A stretch of DNA of 64,000 bases, taken from assembly GCA_964016885.1 (NCBI GenBank), contig OZ024741.1, positions 86,986,001 through 87,050,000 of the forward strand. Reading direction: 5' to 3'. The stretch's first letter is position 1; every line of letters begins with the position of its first letter. The notes beneath the pieces are model-generated. The model searched no databases, was not told where the DNA came from, and saw nothing but the letters and a program-made list of their open reading frames with translations. Source of the DNA: Eledone cirrhosa (lineage: Eukaryota). This document shows positions 53,551 to 64,000 of the stretch, piece by piece. The translations under genes and the position numbers were made by a program.

Positions 53551-56165
53551 GACAACAGTGATATCCCACGATAGTTTGCGCAGTTATCCCTGTCTCCATT
53601 TCCCTTGTACAAAACAACCATCACACCATCCTTCCAGTCATCGGGAACATGATTGTTGTTCCAGGCATCCAGAACCAAAGAATGAAGTCGGTGCAAGAGA
53701 TTCTCTCCACCGTGCTTCAAGATCTCAGCATACAGCCCATCCAATCCAGGCGACTTCTCACCATTGAGTTTCCAGAAAGCACTTTTAACCTCCTCGATCG
53801 TTGGAGGCTCAGCAAGGATTTCCTTTACTGGCTTATCAGGTATGGACCTGATAAATTCTTCGTCAACCTCTGAATCCCTATTGAGAAGCTCGTCAAAGTG
53901 TTCCCGCCATCTCAACAGGATATCATTGGGATCTCTAAGGAGCTGATTGCCACCCTTTGTCCTAAGAGGCGTAACTGGTGATGTAGGTGGTCCATACACT
54001 TCACGAAGAAGATTATACATTGCCTTAACGTCCTTCACATCCGACGCAAGTTGTATTTCATCGGCTTTGTCATTCCACCACTTATTCGTCATTTCACGCA
54101 ATTTTCGTTGCACATCAGCTTTTACGAGCTTCAGCTTATCAGCGATTGCCTTCTGCCGATCGGTGCTTAAATCACTACCAAGCAATGCGGAGTGGAGCAT
54201 ATGTTTCTCCTCCAAAAGCTTGTCTATAAGCTTGTCATTTTGGTCAAACCAGTCCTGATGCTTCTTATCCGTGAATCCAACAACATCAGCACATGCCCTA
54301 TAAAGTGCCCCCTTAAAGAAAGTCCTGTCATTTCCGCACTCTAACGCATCCATCTTTTTAACCAGATTTTCTCTGACTTCAGGATCCTTCAGACAGGCAA
54401 CGTAGAATTCTGTTGGACCGTTTATTGCTCCACATTGCTGATGAAGCTCTACCAGAGTCGCAATCGGGCTTTCGGGCTGGGCGTGGCACTGTGGACATGT
54501 TCTTTACAGCCAGACAACTGCAGGAAAAGTGTGTTGAGCAGAATGTGGATCTCTACCAGGTGTTTGTTGATCTGACAAAGGCGTTTGACACGGTCAACAG
54601 AAAGGCTTTATAGGATATCTTGAGGAAGCTGGGTGCCCTGAGAAGATTGTTTCCATTTTGCGTTTGTTTCATGATGACATGAAGGCATGGGTAAATGTTG
54701 GTGGAAAGCTCTCTGAGCCGGTGACGGTCGAGAATGGAGTCAAACAGGGTGACATTTCAGCTCCAACGCTCTTTGCTTTGTACTTCTCCATTGTCTTCGA
54801 ACAGGCCTTCGTGAACTGCAATCATGGTATATATGTTCGCTATCGATCAACTGGAAAACTGTTTAATATCAGGAGGTTCAATGCTAAGTCAAAGGTTCAC
54901 TTGTAACTAATCAGGGATTTGCTTTATGCAGATGACTGTGACCTGGTAGCGCACACGGAGATTGATATGCAGCATCTCATGGATGCATTTCTAATGTGTG
55001 TACTGCATTGGGACTTACCATAAGCATGAAAAAGACAGTACCATGTACCAACCAGCCCCTGGGAAGCCATGTTGTGAGCCCAACATCTTGGTTTATGGTG
55101 AAAGGCTAAGGGTCGTTGGCAGTTTTGTATATCTTGGAAGCACTCTGAGTATGTCCTGCGATCTTGATGGGGAAATATCAAACAGGATACAGAAAGCCAG
55201 TGATGATTTTGGAAAACTGAACAAGCGTCTCTGGTCTCAACACGGAATTTCGGTAAAGACAAAGCTCAAAGTGTATCATGCGTGTGTGCTCGCAGCAATT
55301 CTTTATGCTTGTGAGACGTGGGTGGTCTACCGTATACACATGAAGCGACTTGAGAGGTTCCACCAGTACTGCTTCCGTCGGATTCTCGGCATAACTTGGC
55401 AAATGTTTGTCAGTGACGTCGAGGTTCTGGACAGAAGTGGCTGTGATAGTGTTGAGTCCTTGATTTTGAAACATCAGCTGCGCTGGACAGGCCATCTTGT
55501 AAGGATGAATGACAAGCGAATGCCGAAGCAGCTGCTTTATGGCGAGCTCCAAATGGGAAAAAGGAACGCGAGCAAACCCAAGATGCGTTTTAAGGACTGC
55601 ATCAAGGGGGCGCTCAAGAAAAGTAACATCCCTTGTGAGCACTGGGAAGCATGCGCTAGCAACCGATCGCATTGGAGGAAAGCAGTGGCTAGTGGCAAGA
55701 GTCTATTTGAGGAAACAAGAAGAAGGCACGCGACACTAAAAAGATGTGTCCGGAAAGGAATCCATGTTGGCCTTCCCGAAGGCACTGACAGACGGCCTGA
55801 CCTGACATGTGAGACCAGTAATAGGGTTTGTCTGAGCATGGCAGGTCTAAAGAGTCACCTGAGAGTGCACAAGAACAGGGAAGCAGGCACCTGTGGAACT
55901 ATAAGTGTTCATCAGACGACAACATGTAATGTTTGTGGAAGGGTATGCAGGTCGAGTAGTGATCTCATACGACACCTTAAGTCACATGGTACCATGGGCC
56001 CAGCACTAGGTGTCAATAATTGTCACAAGCGTAGTGTTTGTACCAGTTTTCAAGTCGCTGGCTGGACAAAAAAGCCACACTCGTTCAGCGCATCGGTAGG
56101 GGTTCTCCTACATGGATATAAAGTAGTGGCCGTACTCGAAAACGAGTTGGCAGCCACCACCATGT
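53551..56165 (+). mobile_element. RTE (BovB-like) LINE, 5'-truncated with a 5' inversion
   Basis: Plus part: LPESQSGFRAGRGTVDM, FVDLTKAFDTV, GVKQG, YADD, QLRWTGH, PKQLLYGEL, C2H2 fingers. Minus part 53551-54400 encodes the preceding segment, ending NYRGISLLS. Confidence 0.9.
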
Positions 56166-56288
<123 letters not shown>

Positions 56289-56646
56289 ATATATATATAT
56301 GTATATATATATGCGTGTGTGTATATATATAATTTGTAAATAGTCAGCTGACGTGTAGTTACAAACACTGTATCTATGAATGTATATAATAATGTATTCT
56401 GTGTCACTGGTATTGATAAATTCTTCGACACCATCAACATATATATGTAAATGTTTTAAGCCCACACCTCCAAGGAGCAGATCGATGCTGGAGTCAGGTC
56501 TATCACATTTATGAAAATTTCGAGTCAATCATCTGTGGAACATATGTAACGTTTGATATACGATAAAAAACATTTATTTTTATCTAAAGACATTTTTTTA
56601 ATTCCACCCCGCCCGTCTCTTCAATCTATCTTATTTCTTATTCTTT

Positions 56647-56680
56647 CTTCTGATGAAGGACTAGCGTCCGGAACGATAAG
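56647..56680 (+). ncRNA. Degenerate hammerhead motif
   Basis: ctt-CTGATGA-aggactagcgtcc-GGAA-cga-TA-ag; a similar degenerate motif (CCGAAGA...GAAA) lies at 26717-26752. Confidence 0.4.
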
Positions 56681-56772
56681 ACCCGCTTTCTCCTGTTTCA
56701 AGCGTTAACCTAATATATTCCTTCCATACACTGTACCGATTGTGTTGCTATTTCTGTTTACCTTTTACATAC

Positions 56773-56818
<46 letters not shown>

Positions 56819-57084
56819 CATAGATTGAGTTAGAAACTCAAAATAGTCTGTTACAATTAGATAGCTCAAGGAAGGGAATCTTTCCGAGCCGTGGTATAAA
56901 ATTGAATATATGAGAGGGATGAACACCGATATAAGAATACATGTGTTCCAATTGCAAATGACCAAGTTAGCTAGGTTGAAAAAATACTAATTTAAAACAT
57001 TATGGTTTGCCTGTCTCGATTTCAAGTAATAAATCAATAAAAATAACAAACCTATATCGGGCAACAGCCTTTGATACCCAGACA

Positions 57085-59245
57085 GATCTAAATATTGTAT
57101 CCTTCTTCAGTGTCAATTTCCTTTATCATCTCACCTGTCGGTACCTGGATTCCGTTGCTTCTGCTCAATTTACCCCTCTTCATCACTAGGACTCGACACT
57201 TATTAATACCAAATTGCATACATATATCATTGCTGAAAATACGGACAGTGTTAACAAATACATCCAACTCCTTCTCACTCTTCCCAAAGAGTTTAAGATC
57301 GTCCATGAAGAGGAGGTGGTTGATGGTAAACTTTCCTTTACCCAACTTGTATCCTGCTCTCACTTTTCGCAGTATAATGGTCAGGGGTATCAGGGCAAGG
57401 ACAAACAACAGAGGGGACAAACTATCTCCCTGGAAGATACCTCTCTTGATCTTCACGCCTCCCAAGTATTCTCCACCCGATGTTAATTCTGTTTCCCAGG
57501 ACTTCATACTTTTGCTCAACAACTGTCTGATGTTATCTGCCACCTTGAAGATCTCTAGGCTTTTGGTTATCCAAGAATGAGGTACCACGTCGAATGCCTT
57601 TTTGTAGTCTATCCATCCCATGGCAAGACCAGTGTGTCTCCTCTTGCAATTCCTCATTACCATTTTATCAATAAGTAACTGGTCTATTGTACCACGGGAC
57701 TTCTTTCGGCATCCTTTCTGTTCGTCCGCTAACAAGTTGTCTATGTGGAGGTGATGGTAGATTTCCTCAGACACAATGCCTGTTAACAGTTTCCACATTA
57801 CGGACAGACATGTGATAGGTCTATAGTTGGTAACATCATTACCCTTGATTTGGTCTTTCATTACCAGAACTGGGGTACCTTTTGTCAACCACTCTGGTAC
57901 CTCACCTGACATCAAGCAGTCATTGAACATGGTTGTCAGTTTCGGGGGGAGGGATGTTATATTTTTAATCCAATACCCCTGCACACCATCTGGGCCTGGT
58001 GATTTCCAGTTGGCTAGTTTTTTGGCCTGTCCTTTAAGAGTTTCAACTATGATACTCAAATCAGTCTGTTGGTGTGCATGTTCACTAATCTCCTTTTGTA
58101 CTGTCTCAATCCACACTGCCTGATCATTATGTTCAACATCTTGCTTCCATATTCCTCTCCTGAATGTCTTAGTCTGTTCCGCCTCAGGGATCAAGTCGTT
58201 GCCTCTTTCTTTCTCTTCAAGCTGTCCAAACAACATCTTCTGGTTGTTGTCAAACATGCGGTTCTGTCTATACTGACTGACTCTGCTCTCATACCGCCTA
58301 ATCTTTGCACTTTTTGCTACAATGCGTAGCTTCAGTTCCTCTGTGATAATATTTAGCTTTTTCCTCTTAGTTTTGTACTTTATTTCCAGTCTATTTTTAG
58401 TGTCTATGTTTTGTAGTGTCCCATTCAGTAGGGACTCAAGCTTTCCAATGTCATTTCTCATTTCCTTGATTTGACCATTAAGTTGTTTCTTCCACCAAGG
58501 TTCTGATCTTTCTTGTTTGTTGTTTCCTCTCGTTTTTATGCCAAGTAATTTCCCCACCGCATTTGCTGTTGCTTTGAGGATATTGTTGCATTGGTGAAGG
58601 TTCCTCGCCTCAAGGTATGGGATGACTTTGTTTACCTTAGCTGTTGTTTCTTTTAACTTTTTCCTGTCTACAAATCTTAGGTTCATAGGTTTCCCACTAT
58701 CATTGTTCATTTCATCTACCACTAAGTTCAGGATATCAACCAAATCTTGTCTTAGCCCGTTAGCATTCATTTCCTCTATGGCCGTATCTTTGTTCCAGAT
58801 GTTATTTATTTCAACATTCAGATCATTGTCTGCTTCCTCCGTTCTCACAATTTTTGTTCATCTAATTTAAATAGTCCAATCTCATTCCAGATGTTATGCA
58901 TCCGTTTCCTATAGCCTTTTTCCTTGGGGTTACTCTTCAGGTAACATTCCATGACAGTTCTATTCAATGCTTTCGTACAGTTGGTTCTTGTCCCTTTCCT
59001 TCTTCTTCTTCCTCCAACAGCAGCAGTATTTGGATGACAGCCAGGTCCCTGATGACAGCCAGGGAGCACTTGCTGGGTGAAAGTCTGTCACATGACGTTC
59101 CAGTCTCCTCTTCACCGTTATTCGAACTGTTTAGGTTCGACATTTAAACACTCATATCGAGGATTGGTGAATGTATGGTTACATAACCACCGGTGATTTC
59201 ATCACCCCGGTGATTTTAGCGTGGCACCATCACGCTGTAGACAAA
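57085..59245 (-). mobile_element. R4/Dong-like non-LTR retrotransposon, 5' two-thirds
   Basis: N-terminal VMECYLKSNPKEKGYRKRM; RT motifs [44 protein letters not shown]; truncated at EEGY. Confidence 0.9.
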
Positions 59246-59535
59246 CATAAATAAATAAACAAATAAATAGATAAAAACTTAAAAAAATAAACATAAGTTT
59301 CATTGTAATGTTTGTTCGTTTTTTTTCCTTTACGTTTTTCGTTTTCAAGGCCCGTAACATCGGTTACTAGTGTTGTTGTTGCTGCTGCTGCTGTTTTTAA
59401 TTTTAGCTACGAGGGAAGTAGGGGTTGTTGCGTTCAAAACTTTTGAAATTTGTTTTTGTTGTTGCATTTGTTTTTGTCTGTGTTCTGTTCTATAATTTTT
59501 TCGGTTTGTTGCTTATCATTATTATTAGTATATTA

Positions 59536-59735
59536 GGGCGGTGGATTGGCAGTATCGGTAGAGGGTCGGGTGCCATGCTTTGACGCATAGAGTTACGGCC
59601 CTTGCCATTCTGAGTTCAAATCCCGCCGAGGTTAACTTTGCCTTTCATCCTTATGGGGTCGATAAAATAAAGTACCAGTAATACACTGAGTATTTGCTGG
59701 CATTGTGCCAAAAGTAGAACAAATTATTATTATTA
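59536..59735 (+). mobile_element. SINE family 2, full length, in (TTA)n
   Basis: GGCGGTGGATTGGCAGTATCGG (A box), GAGTTCAAATCC (B box), GCCTTTCATCCTT..GGGGTCGATAAAAT core, tail AGTAGAACAAATTATTAT. Confidence 0.88.
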
Positions 59736-60347
59736 TATTATAGTTTAGATTTGACATCGTTTAAACTAAACATTTTGAGAGAGTTTAGAGATACATGGTG
59801 TTGTTGTCAGCTGTTTGACCGGGTCACTAACCCAGTCTATTTATATCTTTTGATGCCTTCCTCGCTTCTAGTCATGTATAGTGACACTACTACCATCTCT
59901 CTCTTAACAGGAGGTAGTGAGGGAATAGTGGTGGTAGCGATGAAGCAGTGGTGGCGGTGGTGATGGGATAGTAGTACTATAGTGATGGTGTTGCTGAAGC
60001 CGTTGGTTTGTACTTGGCTAAATTTTTTGTGGTAGTCGTGATAGTGGCGGCGGCGGCGGTAGTGTTGGTGTTGAAATTATTTGGCTGTCGTTTGTAACAT
60101 TTTCGTTTTTGACTATAACATTTCTGATACAAAATTAAATATTAAATATTGGAGCCCTATGCCATAATGTGATGCGTTGTCACTTCCTGAGAGTTAAGTC
60201 TGGTATCTTATGTTCCATTTGTTATAGGAATTATCTCTCACAATTGTTTTAAATATGTAAAAAATTAAAAACTTATGGGAGCGATTCCATAACACTCTAT
60301 CCACCATATGCGTATCTTCCCTTTATTATCATTATTATTATTATAAA

Positions 60348-60493
60348 GGACGGTGGATTGGCAGTATCGTTAGATGGTCGGACGTCATGCTTTGACGCAT
60401 AGAGTTACAGCCCTTTCTATTCTGAGTTCAAATCCCGCCGAGGTCAACTTTGCCTTTCATCCTTACGGGGTCGATAAAATAAAGTACCAGTAA
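60348..60493 (+). mobile_element. SINE family 2, 3'-truncated
   Basis: Homologous to 59536-59680; joined directly to the R4 fragment. Confidence 0.85.
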
Positions 60494-62000
60494 TGTGCGT
60501 GGCTGGACTAATTTTCTTTAACCATCCTTGGAAACTCTTTGAGATAGTACCAAGTGCGCCTATGACAATCGGGACAAATCTGACTTCATGGCAGTTCCAA
60601 ATCCTTTTTACCTCCCACTTTAAGTCCTGGTATCGGTTAATTTTCTCCCTCTCCTTCTCTTGCACTCTCGTGTCGAATGGGCAGGCTACATCCACAATCA
60701 GGCATGATCTTTTTACCTTGTCCAAAACCACCAGGCCAGGTCTATTGTGTTCCAGCTTCTTGTCCGTCTGTATCCTAAAATCCTACAGCACCTTCACCTG
60801 ATCGTTTTCCATCACCGACTCTGGCTTATGCTCATACCACTTCTCAGAATGTGGTAAATTGTTTACTTTGCATAGGTGCCTGTGGATCACCCTGCCCATC
60901 ACATCATGTCTCCAGCCTTTATAGTGAGTCTGGGCTAGGTGTTTACACTCGGATACAATGTGATCCACAGTCTCCTCTCACTCTCCACAGATCCTACAAA
61001 GTGGGCTAGCCTCCTCCTTGTAAATATGGTGTTTTATCCACTTCGTTTTGAGGGCCTGCTCTTGCGCAGCCATTAGCATTCCTTCTGTAGCCTTTTTAAG
61101 GTCTCCTCTTTTCAACCAGTTCCATGTCTGTGGATATCTAAATTCAGTTTTCTCAAAGAAGGTACTATGAAGGGATTTTTCATGAAGGTTGCTCTTCCTC
61201 CTTGTTATTTCCTCCTTGGACATCCCCTGGTCCATTGTCCTCTACTTCACTACAATTCTGAGCATTGGCTCCCTACTATCAGTCACGTATTTGTGTAGGT
61301 TGTTTTTCTCCATCTGAACACAGTCCTCTATGCTGATAAGACCTCTTCCACCTTCAGATCTCTTTAAGTAGAGTCTATCGACATCACTCCTCTTGTGGAA
61401 CATGTAGATAGTCAATAGCTTCCTAGTCTTCATATCCATTTCTTTTTGTTCAGCAACATTCCATCTCAGAATTCCCGCATTGTACCTAATAATAGACACA
61501 GCTCGAGAATTTACTGCACTTATGGCATTCCTACTGTTCAGATGTAAATTTAATACGCTCCTTACTCTCCGAATGTATTCAGATCCTATCAATTCCTTCA
61601 TACTTTTGCTCAACAACTGTCTGATGTTATCTGCCACCCTGAAGATCTCTAGGCTTTTGGTTATCCAAGAATGAGGTACCATGTCGAATGCCTTTTTGTA
61701 ATCTATCCATCCCATGGCAAGACCAGTGTGTCTCCTCCTGCAATTCCTCATTACCATCTTATCAATAAGTAACTGGTCCTTTGTACCACGGGACTTCTTT
61801 CGGCATCCTTTCTGTTCGTCCGGTAACAAGTTGTTTCTGTGGAGGTGATGGTAGATTTCCTCAGACACAATGCTTGTTAACAGTTTCCACATTACGGACA
61901 GACATGTGATAGGTCTATAGTTGGTAACATCATTACCCTTGGTTCGGTCTTTCATTACCAGAACTGGGGTACCTTTTGTCAACCACTCTGGTACCTCACC
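60494..62000 (-). mobile_element. R4/Dong-like fragment (same family as 57085-59245), internally deleted
   Basis: RT piece near-identical to 57500-57907; deletion at [10 protein letters not shown] (~61595); CRIC..HIVSEC, RHD and REL endonuclease IVDVACPFD..EKINRYQDL. Confidence 0.88.
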
Positions 62001-64000
62001 TATTATTATTATTATTATTATTACAGCTGCATTTATCTTGCTTTATGTTCATACGAGTTATCACCAAGTCACAACCAGTGACTTCAAGAGACAACAAGGT
62101 CCGCCATGTTCAAGAAAGAACATACATACTCACACATGCATCTTTAGGTGTTTAGATTTATGATGTACTTATATTGACAGAATCTTCCTTAGTATATGGG
62201 CAGTTCCCATTAGTACTATCTTTTGTATTTCTCCTATACGCGGGTTTCCTAGGATTTGCGATAAGTAATCATTAGACCCCTTAGGTATCATTCCTAGAGC
62301 GCCTACAACCACTGGTATTGTTTTAGTTCTCAATTTCCACATTTTTCCAATTTCTATCTCCAGATCCTTATACTTGCTCAATTTTTCAAATGTTTTTATA
62401 GATACATTCTTGTCTATTGGAACGGACATATCAATTAGCAAGCATACCCTCTTTTTAAAGTCCTTCAATATTATATCAGGTCTATTTGCATCTATTTTTC
62501 GGTCTGTTTGGATGCTAAAGTTCCACAAGATTGAGATGTGATCTTTTTCAAGTATGGGAGGTGGTTGATGCCCCCACCAATTCTTTTGATGGGGCAGGTC
62601 AAAATGCTTACACATTATCCAATGTATGTATTGTGCAGCTCTGTCATGCCTGTTTAGGTATTCGGTTGGAGCTATAGGACTGCACATTGAAATTATATGG
62701 TCAATGGTCTCTGGTTGTTTTTTGCATACACGGCATAATGGGCTGCATCCATTTTTTATTATGTTGGCTTGGTAATTTTTTGTTGGCAGACACTGATCTT
62801 GTGCTGATATAATCAGTCCTTCAGTCTCCGATTTCAGTCCAGAGGATGCCAACCACTGATGGGTTAAAGTTTTGTCAACATCAGGATTGTTAGCTCGTTC
62901 TGGGTATTTTCCATACAGAGGCTTTTCTTGCCATTTCTTAACCAGTTTCTGTAGCAGTTCTTTCTTTGCAGTTACTTTTACCTGCTTTGCTTTTTCTGTG
63001 TTTTCCATTTCAGCAGTAAATGGGACTTCTGAAATTTGTAGTCCATTACTGTACCTTTGTGCATCTTTTGTAATTGAGTATGATCTTTTGATGCTTTCGT
63101 GTTTCAAAACGAGTTTGATCATCCAATCATTTGATTCCCTTAGATATGTAGATAATCCAATTGTTGCAGTTTTCAACGCAATGTCTAACTGGATTTTTTC
63201 TTGATCAAGTTCTCTTATCACGTTCCCCCGATCAAGATTAATGTCTGAACTCTTCAGCAGCTTTCCTCTGGTGAACGTTGCTTTGGCGCATTTATCTAGT
63301 CCAAACTCCATTTTAATTTTAATGTCATCACTGAACTGCTCCACAGTGGATAATAGCCCTTGGAATTGTTCATCATTTTTTGCAAATAGTTTCAGGTCAT
63401 CCATGTAGAACAAGTGATTAATGGTTTTGTCATAGACTTTATATCCATGTTTTGTTTCATTGAGCATTTTACTTAATGGTATAAGTGCGATGCAGAATAA
63501 AAGCGGTGATAAAGAGTCACCCTGAAAAATTCCACAATTAATATTAACATCTCCAGCTTCCAGTGATTTTGTTTCACTATTCAAAAGGAGTGTCGTTTTC
63601 CATGTCTTCATACTGAATGACAAAAACCTCCTGACAACGGGAGATATTTTGAAAATCTCTAAACATTTTTCAATCCAACTGTGTGGCAAACTATCGAATG
63701 CTTTTTTATAATCTATCCAAGCAATTGATAGATTTTTGTGTCTATTATGACAATCTTCCAGTATCATTTTGTTAACCAAAAGCTGATCCTTACAGCCATA
63801 TGAGCCTCGTTTACACCCTTTCTGCTCAATGGGAAATAGGTCATTTGTTATCAGGTGGTCATATGTGTATTCAGTTAGGACTGATATTAAAATTTTATAC
63901 ATTGTGGTCAAGCAAGTTATCGGTCTGTAATTTTTGGGATTGTTTGTCTCATCATTCTTCGGAAGCAGGAATGTAATGCCGTTAACTAGCCATGATGGTA
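62001..64000 (-). mobile_element. Second R4/Dong-like family: RT plus restriction-like endonuclease, (TAA)n tail
   Basis: ORF 62169-63911 runs off the window: [49 protein letters not shown]; short 3'UTR then (TAA)n at 62001-62022. Confidence 0.9.

Overview
AT-rich, microsatellite-laden animal DNA, probably octopod: its two tRNA-derived SINE families resemble octopus SINEs. No host gene is recognisable; the window is almost all nested transposable elements, many sitting in (TA)n tracts. It holds three Penelope-like retroelements (RT plus C-terminal GIY-YIG; A has a near-intact ORF; A and B have inverted/tandem pseudo-LTRs). It also holds a CR1-group LINE, an RTE LINE with a twin-priming 5' inversion, three R4/Dong-like pieces, a mariner 5' fragment, about ten SINE copies and a young non-coding LTR element with a tRNA-Trp PBS. 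The most striking signal is a dense set of short non-coding fold-back elements from many unrelated families in (TA)n. Most carry a type I hammerhead ribozyme and a one-sided tail with an (A/G)CTC...GAG motif. About 20 hammerhead motifs are readable by eye, including a compensatory U3-A8 core in three unrelated families and a circularly permuted ~428-bp retrozyme-like monomer. All alignments and folds were done by eye; coordinates are approximate to a few bases.
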